From the human T2T-CHM13v2.0 reference genome, Homo sapiens: DNA of 64,000 nt. Position 1 is the stretch's first letter. Each line of letters starts with the position of its first letter. Below, piece after piece: positions 13,770 through 28,371 of the stretch. Below the pieces are notes generated by a model that saw nothing but the letters and a program-made list of their open reading frames with translations, had not been told where the DNA came from and did no database searches. The stretch lies in assembly GCF_009914755.1 (NCBI RefSeq), contig NC_060932.1; one strand, written 5' to 3'. The position numbers and the translations under genes are program-made.

Positions 13770-13940
13770 TAGGCTTTACATGAGTTATTTATTTGAAACT
13801 TTACAATAACCCATACTCAATATTATCTTCCCTATTGTTAACCTGAGGCACAGAAAGATTATATTATCTTGTACAAAGTCCTACAGCTTTTCAACAGAAG
13901 AGACAGGGTTTAAATCCGGACAGTCAGACTCAAAAGCCAT
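13770..13940. mobile_element. MIR fragment
   Basis: ctgaggcacagaaagatt..cttgtacaaagtcctacagc..gggtttaaatcc..gtcagactcaaaagcc. Confidence 0.65.
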
Positions 13941-15084
13941 AACACTACAGCACAGAATGAGGAAAACAGAAGAAGGTTAACTCCTAGATTTCTGGCTTAT
14001 GCAACTTGCAAATAATAGGGTCATTATTTGTTAACTGAATGAATGGATGGATGAGTCTAGTGTGGAAAGTAAAATGAAATGACTTAAATTTAGATCAGCT
14101 TAAATTTCTGGTCTATGTGTGACATGCGGGTATGAATTACAGCAGATAGGGTGTTTGAAGACAGCAACAGATGTGGATGAAGATACAGCCAGATAACTCG
14201 TGTTCAAGAGGCATAACGGTGGGTGGGTGTGTGTGGGGTGTGTGTGTGTGTGTGAATCTTCCCATTCAGGGCAGCCTTGGTTGCCCCCACCCTGACGCTG
14301 CTCCTGCCTTTGCTTTGTGAATGGTGACCTAGATTCTTAGTGGGTGAAACAAGGTTCTTCCCTATGCAGCACCTTCTTGCCTCTCCAGTCTCATTTCTCC
14401 CTAATGCACAATCCACAGCCAGTGATCCTGCTCCAACTTCATTTGGTCTCACTTGAGTGACAAATGCCATAGGTGTCATGTCAGCCTTCTCCAGGAAGCC
14501 TTTCTTAACTGCCAAGAGCAAGTCGAATGTAAACTCATTGCACTCTCTCAGCACTCTCTGGATACATTGGGTCTTACTCCTCACATTCTCTGAGAAGAGC
14601 AGAAGAGAAGGGCCTTGTCCTACCTACCGGTTAATCCTCAGCACATGCTTGTGGCAGGTGCCTAGTAAATGCTTTAATAAAACTAGAAAATTCTCAAGAC
14701 AGCAGGTTGCTTTCAGAATATGTCTGAATATTGCAGTTCATTGGAGTGGATTGACAGTCCGTGGTGAATAAACAAGGTCAAGTTTGGGAGATTGAGCTAC
14801 AGTAGCTCAGGCAATCCTATGTCTTTCCACGAATTGATCAAAACTATGCAACTTTGGAACACTAGTATCCCAATGCTGCATTCCATAGATTAAAAATATG
14901 TCAAAATTGATTTTTCAAATTGGCAAAAATATATCTGATTTTTATTTTCAACACTTTCAACACCTCTTATTTGCTTGCAAAAAGGGGAAAAGTACAAATA
15001 ACTGAAAGCAAACTTACAAAACTGACAATAAATTTGAGGGACACTTTGAGAATGAATGCATTCATATCGCATATGAAACATCTC

Positions 15085-15983
<899 letters not shown>

Positions 15984-16169
15984 ATAGCAAAGTGGCTTCT
16001 AGTTCTCATAAAGGAACTGAGTATATTAAGACATCATATCTTTAGATGATGTTTCACCTCAATTAGAATCAATACTGAACTATCCCCACAATTGTTTTGA
16101 AGTGAGACGGTTCCAGTAGCACCCCATTAATATTTCTTCATACTCTTACTGGTATTTCACTTTCTTATT

Positions 16170-17160
16170 ACAATTGCTTTAGGAATCTATCACAGTGTTA
16201 ACAGGTTACTACAAATGCAATGGCTTAAAATGATACAAATGCATTTTTATGGATTGCTGTGTATTCCCTCAAAATTCATATGTTGAAATTCTAATCCCCA
16301 GTAACTCAGACTATAACATTATTTGGAAATAGGGTTGTTGCAGAGTAATTCGTTAAGAGACCACACTGGAGTAGATGGGCCACTAATTCAACATGATTAA
16401 TGCCCTTATAAATAGAAGAAATTTGGACACAGCCATGAACACAGAATACTGTGTGAACATGAAGGTAGAGGTCAGAGAGATACAGCAGAAGCCAAGAAAC
16501 AATGGATGTTGGCAAACCATGAAAAGTAGGGTGAGGGGCATAGAATGCATTCTCCCACACAGCCCTCAGTTGGAACCAGCCCTGCCAGCACTTGATCTTA
16601 GACTCCCAGCCTCTGGAGTGGGGAGACACATTTTGCTGTCTCGTTTGTGGTGCTTTGTTACAGAATCCCAAGCAAACTACCACATGCAGCACATCACACC
16701 TTCCGTGGCCAGAATGCAGGACTCCTGGCACAGGTTAGCAGGTCCTTTGCTCAGTCTCATGAGGCTCCAATCTGTTAGTTGGGCTACATTCTCATGTCAT
16801 CTGGGGCAGAATCTGTGTTAGCAGAACTCACTTCCTCATGGTTGTGTTACTGAAGGCCACCTGGAGGCCACCCACAGTTCCCTTCCATGAGGCCCTCTCC
16901 ATAATAAATAAAAATCAGAAAAATGTTATCTCCACAACATAGTGGTTTGCTTTCTCACAATCAGCAGGGGAATCTTTCTCCCTCCATCTAGTAAGACAGA
17001 GTCTAATATGAGGTAGCTTCATCATGGGAGGGACATTTCATCACCTTTGCTGTATTCTGCTGATTAGAAGCAGGTCACAGGTTCTGCTCTCACTGAAGAA
17101 AAGGGATGACATGAGGGCGTGACTCCTCAGGGTTACATTAGTGTGTGGTCATCTCAACAA
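16170..17160. mobile_element. Nested MaLR LTRs: a plus-strand MLT1C/B-like LTR (~16247-16683) inside an older minus-strand MLT1
   Basis: Inner element: caaaattcatatgttgaa...atttggaaatagggt...ttgttacag..caaactac. Outer element: aatggcttaaaa (left) and ccttccatgaggccctctccata...caggtcacaggttctgctc (right). Confidence 0.7.
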
Positions 17161-17234
17161 CCATCCACTGCACACTGCCCTCGACTTACTCTCATGAATC
17201 AGGAAGATAATTCCCACCATAAAAAAAAATGTAC

Positions 17235-18066
17235 TGTAGTATGGAGATTTTGCAAAAAGCTAAAAATAGAACTACCATTTGATCCAGCAATCCCACTACT
17301 GGGTATTTACCAAAAGGAAAAGAAATCATTATTTCAAAAAGGCACCTGCACTCATATGTTTATCACAGCTCTACTCAAAAGAGCAAAAACACGAGATCAA
17401 CCTAAAAGTGCATCGGTGGATTAAAAAATGTGGTATATATACACCATGGATAATATGGTTTGGCTGTGTGTCCCCATTCAAATCACAACTCTAATTGTAA
17501 GCCCCACATGTCCAGGGAGGGACCTGGTGGGAGGTGATTGGACCATGAGGGTGGTTTCCCCCATGCTGTTCTCATGATAGTGAGGGGGTTCTCACGAGAT
17601 CTGATGGTTTAAAAGTATGACACTTCCCCTTTGCTCTCTCTTCCTCCCGCCACCTTCTGAAGAAGGTGCTTTCTTCTCCTTTGCCTTCCAACATGATAGT
17701 GAGTTTCATGAGGCCTCCCCAGCCATGTGAAACTGTGAGTCAGAAACCCTCTTTTATTTGTAAATTATCCAATCTCAGGTAGTACCTCTATAACAGTGTG
17801 GAAATGGACTAATACAACGGAATAATACTCAGCCATAAAAAGAGTGAAATCATGTCTTTTTCAGCAACGTGGATGGAACTTGAGGCCATTATCCTAAGTG
17901 AAATAACTCAGAAACATAAAAGCAAATAGCACATGTTCTCACTTATGAGTGGGAGCTAACAATGGGTACCCATGGATAGACAGAGTGGAATAACATGCTG
18001 GAGACTCCGAAAGGTAGGAGAGTGGGAGGGGAGTGAGTATTGAAGATTACCTATTGAGTACAATGG
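17235..18066 (+). mobile_element. L1 (L1MA/PB-type) 3' fragment interrupted by an LTR
   Basis: ORF2 C-terminal remnant [18 protein letters not shown]. The L1 sequence resumes after the LTR (ggaataatactcagccataaaa). Confidence 0.88.
17451..17816 (+). mobile_element. THE1D/MSTA solo LTR
   Basis: atatggtttggctgtgtgtcccca...ggactaataca, with TSD atgga/acgga. Confidence 0.88.
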
Positions 18067-19343
18067 TACAAAGAAGTATACAACTAAAAAGCATTCCTAT
18101 GTCTCAAGACTCCAAGAAAGAAAATGGCTACAATCTTCTTCTAATTTTCAATTTCATTTTTCTCTCTTTGTCATTATTGGAAAAAGCATGTTATTATTAT
18201 GTTATTGTGTATATTACTATGTATTATATATATATTATACCTATATAATACATATTAGATATTAGATGAATATATAATTTCTTATAGTTATTACTTCTCC
18301 TTCTTTTATTTTTTAAGCCAGCTATTAGATTTATTCATCAATTCCACTTATATCTTTATTCAGGCTTTCTCAGTACATTCATATTTATTTAGCTGTCTTT
18401 TCTCTAACATCTTAAGCTGTGTGTTTTATTAATTTATTTTTATTATTTCATTTTTAATAAAACTACAAGTTTGTTTCTGTATTTACCTCTGTTACCCATA
18501 AATTTTGATAATAATGTTGTAATTAATATTTTTAGATATTACACTTCTTGATAAAATATTTATTTGGTCTAATGACTAAAAAATTCTCAGTAGCTATTTT
18601 CTTTTAAATTTGATTATTTTAGATTAGTTGCACTGTGGTAAAAGATAATGAAGTCTGCTTCTGGGAATTTTAGTGTTCCTAGTGACCTAGCATATAATCA
18701 ATATTTGAGAATCTTTATGAATATTTGAAGATAAAGTTAATTTTAGCTTATAGGGACAAAGTTAAAGACATCTTTCACAAATTGATCTCATTAGTAATAT
18801 TCAGACACAATTCTATTAAGCTGTGCTGAATGGATGCTAAGCTATTTCAAAATTGAGATTGAAATAAACTTCGTTGCAGTTAATGCTTTTCTTACTTACA
18901 TTCAACTGTGTATTGTTATTGCCACTCCTGTTTCTGTGTGCCTGACTTAACTTTGATGTATGCTTTTATATGTGACCATTATCAATATTTTGCTTATGTA
19001 TGGCCCTTGTTAATGGTATAGAGTTAAAAGCTGCTTTTTGGATAGATAAAGCAGTCTTCGACTTTCAGTAATTCTCTTAATGCACTGAAACTTCAGGCAC
19101 ATTTGGGTCTTATGAGGATTTTAAGATTTTTGTTCTTCAATGTTTCCTTTAAACTCCACATTGTTGGTTTTCCCTAATGATCTGCAGAGCATATATCCTG
19201 TTTACCAAATATTTTGCCTTTTATGGGAACATATTTGAAACCAAATTTCATTAATTATCAATGTCATACTTTAACAATATTAATAATTACAAATGTAATG
19301 AGGATTTCTAAATTTTCTAATTTTTATCATTTATCATCATGCT

Positions 19344-19639
19344 TATGCTAAGTCAATTTTATCGGTAGAATTTTGACTTATTTGATTATGGCACAAACAA
19401 ATGGACAATTACAAAATTTGCTGAAATAAGTAGATTGGTAACAAGGACTTGTGAATGTTGTTTAATTGCACCTGCAATGCCTAAAGTATTATGCGAACAC
19501 TCTTGATCCTACTGATTAGCTGATATGAAAAATTAGCTTAAATTGATGTTAAAATGTCAAGATTATTGCATTTGTAATTCATTAGCATAAGATTCTAAAA
19601 GGGAAGGTCATCAGCTAAAGACAGTTCTCATGTTTACTA
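19344..19639 (+). repeat. Copy 1 of a ~290-bp diverged direct duplication
   Basis: Aligns colinearly with 20712-21000, e.g. gtcaattttatc, tttgctgaaat.agtagattggtaacaag, gatgttaaaatgtcaagatt. Confidence 0.92.
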
Positions 19640-19641
19640 AA

Positions 19642-19726
19642 AGGCACATATCTAACGGGAAAATACTAAGAGGAACATATCTGATGGGAAAATACCAAGA
19701 GGCACTTATTTTATGGTAAAATAAAG
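19642..19726. repeat. 29-bp tandem repeat, about 3 diverged units
   Basis: aggcacatatctaacgggaaaatactaag / aggaacatatctgatgggaaaataccaag / aggcacttattttatggtaaaataaag. Confidence 0.85.
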
Positions 19727-20711
19727 TTCTAGTACTAAGAAACCATTTTCTTAAATTAAGCAACTTGGTGAAGCCCTGCTAATGAATTACCTAATCCTGA
19801 TATAGAAAAATTTTTCTTTCTTATGTGATAGAATAGATTGTAAATAAATGCAGAATGCTGTATTTGGAAGATAACTTATCCTTAGAACTTATGAGAGGGT
19901 TATTTTCAAGGGAATGCTTTGTACTCTATGTAAAGTCAACATCATCAGTAGAGTTTGATTAATCATCTATATCACTGAACACTCATTCTGTTTTGTATCA
20001 TTTCAGGGCTACTTATTTGCCCTTTTTCCTACTGTAATGTTCTTACCTTGATTTCAACAAGTTTTTCACACAAGATATTAGGTATTAACAGACCCAAGGA
20101 GAGTGGGAGATGTCCTTATGGTGTTCTATTAAAAATAGCAAAAACTGTCAAAGACAAACCTGAGATCACTGTTGCAATGTAATTGCTTCATTAAAGCTTT
20201 ATAGGAGTTGCAGAAATCTTACTTCTTTAGTAATACTTCGAAGGCATTTTATAAGTTAAGCATGAAAAAACTACAGTGTCATGAAATACGATGGTAATAA
20301 AATTAGTCTCTTATGAAAGAAATTAAACTTTCATTAGTTCACAAACATAAGCACAATTTATTTGAAAGAAAGTCATGAGCAAACCTAAATATATTTACAT
20401 TTGTACATAAAATATACTGTATTTACAATTACTTGATGCTCTAAAGACAGAACTTAATGTGACGTATGCAGCTGGAAATTACAAGACCACATGGTTCAAT
20501 AAATCCCAGTAGAAAATATACATCTGTTGACTCTTTGTGCAATTGTTTTATTTGAAGGAAGTTTTATTTAATCGAGTGGTATAGTGTCTTAGTATGTCAC
20601 TTATCTTGTCTTAGGAAACATCCCACCTGCCTTAGGTGTAAGTTTTTAATTTCTAAAATAAATGAGAGTAAATCATTTTCTGTTCTATATTGAAGAGAAT
20701 GCTTTCTGCTC

Positions 20712-21000
20712 TATGCAAAGTCAATTTTATCAGTAGAGTTTTGACTGATTTATGACACAAACAAATGTGTCAATTGTAGAGTTTGCTGAAATTAGTAGAT
20801 TGGTAACAAGAACTTGTGAATATTATTTAATTGCATCTGTAATGCCTACAGTATTATGCAAAGACTCTTGATCTATTGATTAGCTGATACTGAAAATTAA
20901 TTTGATGTTAAAATGTCAAGATTGTTGCATTTGCAATTTTTTAGGACAAGATTCTAAAAAAGAAGGCCACCCAGCTAAAGAAGAGTTCCTATGTTAACTA
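20712..21000 (+). repeat. Copy 2 of the ~290-bp direct duplication
   Basis: Aligns colinearly with 19344-19639. Confidence 0.92.
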
Positions 21001-21270
21001 CTGGTGAAAGAGATTTGGAGAAAATTACAGAAAGTATAACGAAAGGAAAACTAACGATGAGGTGACATGGTGGGGTGAGGAAAACAAATGGACTTGGCAA
21101 TGGGGAGTCTGAGCTCTATCCCTAGGTCTGCTAATAAATAACTGAGAGCAAATTACTTAAACCTTTCCAACTTTTGCTTCCTAATCTTAAGATGAAGTGT
21201 TGGTTTTTTTGGTCTTGTTTCTTAGTCAAATACTCTCTTAGGCCACCTCCAGCTTCAAAAATCTATAACT

Positions 21271-21577
<307 letters not shown>

Positions 21578-24500
21578 AAAATCCGTACCTAAGGTAGCTA
21601 AGGAAAGAAAAGAACCTAGGAATTTAATGTGAAATGTTCTGTAAAGTATGTTAAGTGATATAAAATATTAAATCTCAAAGAAAATTTGAAAATTTTTGCT
21701 TTATCTTTTATGCTGGTAAAATAAGATTCTTGGCTTTCTCGTTATAGTCATTCATTTATCAATCTTGGTTACTGTGATCTTTTGATAACTACAAATTTAG
21801 CATTTGTCTCATGAGGTTTCCCTTTTCCCTTTTCCTTAAAAGAAAATCCAATCAAACAACATTTTGAACACTTGCTGCTTATCACTTCACCAGCTATGCC
21901 TCTGTCGGAGCTCTCTTGGTTCCTTATCTTTTCTTAATATTTTCAGTGGGCACTTACTATTCCCTAGGCCTTACCTACAGCACTGAATTATTATGTTTCT
22001 GCTGGCTAAAAGAACAAAAACTCCAATCAAGCAGCTGATTCATCTGATAATTATCCCCCAAACCACCCTACTGTTTATATAAGCTCTGAGTCAACTTGTA
22101 AGTTGTTTTGACACAATTTGGACACTGTCAATGGAATAGCATTTTCTCAAGTACCCAGAAAAACAAAAACCCCTCCTCATGGACAACAAGCAACATAATC
22201 TTTGGCCAGAATATCCCATTGTTTGAATCAGAATATAGTCTCATTATCCTTACCAGTATTAATCCTTCCAGAGTGCTGTATTAATGGACTAAGTTATAAG
22301 TATACTGGTTTTCTCCTATGTATCTTGTACCAAAGACATCCATCTACCTGAGGCAAGAGTACACACAGAAGCAGCACAGAACTCCTGGATTGCCTCGCCT
22401 CTGCCATGTTTCCACATTCTCTGGTACTACTGATGGCAGTTCCTGTGCAAATCACAGCATTCCCAGAATGACTTCCAGTAAAATGCTGGGTGGCCCAAAG
22501 ATAAGTGATTATACAGAGAATATCAAGAAGTGGTCCCTGAAGGAGGTCATCTAAGCAGACAGTATCTGATGTGGCTTCTTCAGATGCATTTGCACATATT
22601 TTTTCATACATATTTAGATGCAACTTGCTCATATTGACAAAATCGGAGTCAGTATACACACACAATAGAGAGTATAAATCTATGTGTCAAAATAACATGG
22701 GCAGAGAAATTAATCCACAAGGTAAAAGAAAGAAGTTGGCAACACCAGAGTGGAACAAATAGGATGCCTAGGGAAGAAAGGATCCCTGACTTTTTTTGGA
22801 GATTAACCACATGATTTTTATTTTTTTCCTAATGGAGGGCTTGTAGGTTTGTTTTTGAGTAGGTAAGAAATATATCAGATTGGACAATTCTGTCAATATC
22901 CACAACATACCTTTAAAGCTATGCCTACTTCTGGGCATCACACTTTAATAAAGACCTTGATGAATTATAATGTTCTGAAAGAAAAACTGATAAGTAAAAT
23001 CAGAATAATGAAGCAACTCTAAATCATGCAGCATGAAGAAACTAGGGAGTCTGGGATGGAGGGTGTCTGTTTAGTGCAGAAGAAAAGATTCATTATAAAA
23101 AAGAAAGCCATCTTCACAGGATAAACATGATGTCACACCAAAGGAGAATTAGAATTATCCCACGTTTCTCCACAAGGAGAAAAATGACCAAATAGAAACC
23201 TGTTATGATAAGTTTCATCTTAGTATAAGATTAAAAATGAAACCTAATGAATTATCTTTAAATGAAATAGATTCTCAGATGATGTGGGCTCAGAGCCCAT
23301 GGGATTTCATCTTCTCTCTTCCCAGGCTAAAAGACAGGAGGGGGCTAGCTGAAACAGTAAACAGGTAGTACCAGTTTTGCTTTTTACTTACGATAATCCT
23401 GAGGATCCTTCTAAGAGCTTTTTCGTCTTCAAAGAAATCAGTGTTTTAGAACTGAATTCCAGGTCACCCCTTAGCTTCAGATCAAAACTGGTTTTCTCCG
23501 ACCTTGTGTCGGTACATTCCTGGCCCCCATAATAGTGTGTAAAAAAATGATTAAACAGGATCTTCTGTGACCTTGAAAAACCAAATATGCTGAGTAATGC
23601 TGTCAGACAGGAAAGCTCACATGCCTGTGCTCTCCCTGAAGAGCTCAGGCCTTGATCAGCATGTACCTCAACCAAAGACAAGAGGAATGGTCTCGCCTGG
23701 CCCCAGCATGAGGTCCTCATCACAGGACGCTCATTGCAGCACGCGGACACTGAGCTCACAGGGATTTGGGAGCACGGTGCCCTGAAGATGAGCACCCCAA
23801 AGATGGGCCTTCTTCCCCTCCCCCACAACCCCAGGGGACAGGCCTCCCCTGGGCAAGTGGCATAGGAATATAGAGGCCACAGTGTGCTTGAGAGGACAGG
23901 GGAACCCTGGGGAAAAATGCAGCACACAATCCTCCTAAAGGCTGCAGGCCTGGGGGAACCACGCCCAGCCCTGCCCAACTGAGGACTCAGAGCAGCTCAC
24001 CTCTGAAAGGGCTTCATGTTCAGATTTCTGGCCGAGAGCTTCTGCCCTCAGAGCGTGCAGTGTGTCTCCACTTCTCAGAAAGCCAAGAATGAACTGAATA
24101 AGTGGGTTGTCTTCCTGCTTTAGCCTGCGGGAGGCTGATGTCATAGCCCAGCCCAGTGAACCTGTCTCCTTCTGCTAGGTTTCTGCCATGGAGATAAACT
24201 TGACAACTTGAGCCAAGATAAAAAAAAGTCACTGTCCATGAAAGGGTCCCGAATAGTTATCAGAGAGAAGAGCCACTTTCTCAGTGAAAACATGACCCAA
24301 GAGACGGAGATGACAAAAGAACATCTGTTTAAAATAGTAACAATAATAAATAATAATAATACAAACAGGGCATTTCCAATGCTGCAGAAAATGATGTCAT
24401 AAAACTTAAACAGATGATCAGATGATGTTGGAACTAAGAAGTTAAATAGATAAATTTAAAAGGAGGTTGATCTCTGTTGAGACTGATTAGTGAATTTGAT

Positions 24501-25154
24501 ATAAGTGGTCATGGGCAAAAAATATATCAGAGCATTTAGCAAAAATATAAAAGAGAGTAATATGAAGGAAAAGAAAAGAGATTTGGAGGGTAGACCTAAT
24601 GCTCAAATAAAGAACGTTTCAGAAGGAAAAAAATATTTGGAGGACACATACAGATATATACAGTAAATAAGGAAATATATGTATAAATTTCCCCTTGTTG
24701 AAGAAATATGCAAATCTATGAATTGAAATTGTTCCCTAAGTTTGACACTGGATTGATGAGGAAAGTTACATCTAAGCATATTCTGCTCTAATTCTGAACA
24801 AAAGATCTTACGGAATCCCATTAAAAAAGCATTAGAGACCCCTATTTAAGCAGGGGAAAAAAAATCCAGACTGGCACCTATCGCATATATCCATCCAATT
24901 GCAATATAAGAAACTAGAAATCAGGAAAGGAACACTGGCAAAGAATGGGAAAGACCACAGTCCAGGAATCCTATGCAAGTAAGATGCTCTTCACTGTTCA
25001 GCGGGAAAAAGATACTTGAGTACAAAATGCCATTTGTAGAATACTTTACACAAGTACTCAATTTGAAAGCATTACTTGATAGGCCACTTTAGGAAAAGAG
25101 AAAAGCAAAAAAAAAAAAAAAAGCAATGAGTAGTAAAGACAAGCATTTTCCACC

Positions 25155-25662
25155 TATATATATGCACACACCTATACATGTGTACACTTACTCATGTGTA
25201 TCCCGGACACGTATATACCTATACATGCATGTATACAACCATTCACGTATACACTTTTGTGTACACATATAAACATACCCATACATGTATACAAATATGC
25301 ATGTACATACCCATATGTGTACACATCTATGCATGCATACACTCAAACATGCATACACCCATACATGTGCATGCTTACACATGTACACACATCTGCATAT
25401 ACACACCTGTACATGCCTATACATACAATACCTATTCATGCATATGACTATACATGTACATATGCATAACTTAAACATGCATGTATCATGCGTGCACATA
25501 GCTATACATGCCTATACAATACATACATCTACATGTACATGCTTATGCATACACATGTATATATGTACACAACTACACATGCACACACCCATATGTGTAC
25601 ACACTCATGCATACACATACCTATCCACGTACACAGTTATATACACACATACATACGCATGT
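25155..25662. repeat. Degenerate (CATA/CACA/TGTA)n low-complexity tract
   Basis: About 500 bp of mostly alternating purine-pyrimidine sequence. The same pattern resumes at 31578-31620, after the provirus. Confidence 0.92.
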
Positions 25663-26050
25663 TGTTAAATTAGGTTTAGACCAAAGCTACTTCCTTACAT
25701 ATTTTAAGTTCAGCCTAAATGTTTTTCCAGACATAGTGAACTGTAACCTAACTGGATGTGTAAACAGACTGTAGTCTACTCTTGTGTCAATCGCTAAGTT
25801 TTGGCCAATCAAAGGCAGCCAACTCTTTCAAACTGTGTTCAATAATGCAAATGCTGGTCTGGAACCAATCTGGCTGTTTCTGTACCTCACTTCTGTTTTC
25901 TGTACATCAGTTCTCTTTTTCTGTCCGTAAATCTTCTTCCACCACATGGCTGTGCTGGAGTCTCTGAGCCTACTCTGGCTCAGGAGTCTTCTTAATTCAC
26001 AAATCATTCTTTGCTCAATTAAATTTGCATAAGGTTTTTCTTTTAACAGA

Positions 26051-26067
26051 TGGTGTCAGAAGTGGGA
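26051..26067 (+). other. Retroviral primer-binding site, tRNA-Leu(CAA)-type
   Basis: TGGTGTCAGAAGTGGGA lies 2 nt after the LTR end and is complementary to the recalled tRNA-Leu 3' end ...TCCCACTTCTGACACCA. Confidence 0.8.
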
Positions 26068-26743
26068 CCTGAAGTAGAACTTCCTCCGATGCCCAGAAGC
26101 AACATGTGACCAAGTGAGGTCCCTGCCAGGCCCACCGTGGCCACTGCTTTCTCACAGCAACTGGGGATCATGGTATTCTCTCTCAGATTCCAAAGCTCCA
26201 CGGATTTGTTTTTAGCTCTCTGAGTTTGAGCAAATTTTTTTATCTGAACTGGGTTCAGAAAACACAACAGAAACTGGACTGGATGCAGAATCACGTTGGA
26301 TCTGATATTAACTGGCTTGGATCCAGTTAGAGGCCTCTTATGTCTGACCCAGTCAGACAGAAACTGATAATAAATGGAAATATTGCAGAAGGTATAAATT
26401 TCAGCTTTTGCAAATTCACAGGGATTTTTGTGTTCTACCCCTTCCTTGCACTTTTCTCTTTTTGGTTGCTCAGGTAGAAAAAAAATCATTGACTAAGTTG
26501 ATCAAGGAGATCTGATAGCCAAAGCCAAGATGTAAGGTAAAAAGGAGATCCTTAGTTTCTAAAGAACTGAATAATCCACCTTCCAGCTATGCCTACATTT
26601 GCATGTATAAATATCAGACTCTGGAAGCAGCAAACACTTATAGAAGTGGTAAAATCTTACTAAAGGTAATTTAAAATTAGAATGCAATGTTCCAAATGAA
26701 TAATACCACACTTTAAGCAGTGCATCTGAAAATGAGAATTCCT

Positions 26744-27011
26744 GGCTAGGTGCAGTGGCTCACGCCTGTAATCTCAGCACTTTGAGAGGCCAAGGCAGGT
26801 GGATTACTTAAGGTCAGGAGTTTGAGACCAGCCTGGCTAACATGGTGAAACCCCATCTCTACTAAAAATACAAAAATTAGGCAGGAGTGATAGTGGACAC
26901 CTGTAGTCCCAGCTACTTGGGAGGCTGAGGCAGGAGAATTACTTGAACCCCAGGTCTTGCCACTGCACACCAGCCTGGGCAACAGAGTGAGATTCCATCT
27001 CAAAAAAAAAA

Positions 27012-27043
<32 letters not shown>

Positions 27044-27044
27044 A
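26744..27044 (+). mobile_element. Alu with a right-arm deletion, inside the provirus
   Basis: TSD gaaaatgagaattc on both sides; the gaggttgcagtgagc segment is missing. Confidence 0.93.
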
Positions 27045-28371
27045 GAAAATGAGAATTCTTAAATTAGTCTTACCTAGGGATGCCTATTGATAGGCAAAAG
27101 CTTCTAAAAAGATTTTAATATCTTTACTGTTTTTTAAAAGAGACTTTTTACAAATGGCAAATAAAAAGTTTAAGTGACTAATTGATAAGAAAATATCTGT
27201 TAACATTTTGGTTTAGTTATTATTCTGCCCCAAAGGCAAAAAGAAAGCTATCCTAAAGTGTTTACAAAAGATAAGACCTCCGGTAAAGTAGGCTTGCTTC
27301 TTTCTCACAGCAATCCATGCTGAATCCAGTCATGGAAAATGCTTTCTTTGCTCTATTCCTTAATGGGCTCCATGCTGAACTCAGTAATTTTAGCTAAGAA
27401 ATAGTAGCTAAGTTAAAAAGAACACCCATGGAACTAAAATATGCCTTTCTGGAATCTAACTGGCTATCTTTAAACCTTTTTGTAAAAAAACCTACATTTA
27501 TAAAGGAAATCTCCATTTTTAAGGATATCTGCCTATGTACATTAGAAACTCTTGCCATTGTTTTCAATTTACATAACAAGTCAAACCTTTTTTAAAGTGC
27601 TTTTCAGACTATCTTGTCTTAACTGAACTTTTACTTCCACTATTTTTTTTTTGGTTTGAGCTGATGATACAATATTTAGGTCTAAAGTCTTAGCTCTGTG
27701 CTTTTGAAATACAGATTTTCTTGTTTGGCCTGGGAGTTGGCCCTTTAGAAGTACAGATTTGGAATTGCCTGGCTGGCAGTTGCTTAGGGCAATGAAGCAT
27801 GTGATTGAAAGAGGGATAGTCTAAAGAGAGAAAGGAAAAATTATTTATAAGCTAGCTTTATGAAAACTAGAAGATCTGCTTCTGTGTTCATATGTCTACT
27901 ATATATGTTAAGTGTATGTGATAAAATTTGGTAAATAAAACTAGTTTTTAAATTGTTGGCAAAATATGGTTTCAAAATTGTCAGTTAAATATAAGTAGGT
28001 ACTTGTTTGATTTGACTGTGAGCTTACGGTTTGGTTTTGAGAGTCTGGATTCAGTGATCTGGACAGATGGCCATAGTGAGGCCTGGGGCAAAGTTCTCAG
28101 TTCCTAGAACAGCAGCTACCAGCCAGAATCAAGCCCAACATGACCCGTTCTTCCCTGGCCCAGTTTTGCCTCCTGGCTATTCTGGGAAGGGTTGTATCCT
28201 CCAGGCATCCTCCTCACAGCTGTCTTCCGTCCTGACTTCTACATCAGGCATGGAAATTCAGGACTTAGACAAGCACTGCCCTTCATAGTCCTCCTGGGTG
28301 CCACGTGGCTAAATGGCATATAGGGGAAGACATTAGGGAAGGTACCTGGGGGAAGACATTAGTGAAGGTAC

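Noticed and set aside
19642-19726. 29-bp repeats, plus the 26-bp and 119-bp repeats elsewhere, as CRISPR-like arrays
   Set aside because: Units are contiguous and diverged, with no unique spacers or cas genes, and the DNA is eukaryotic.
23388-24950. 196-aa ORF and GC-rich patch followed by A-rich sequence (similar pattern at 63100-64000)
   Set aside because: No recognisable domain. It may be an old L1 5' UTR/ORF1 remnant, but it is too diverged to call.
25178-25774. Overlapping His/Thr/Tyr/Cys-rich ORFs
   Set aside because: Artefact of the low-complexity CATA tract, which has few stop codons.
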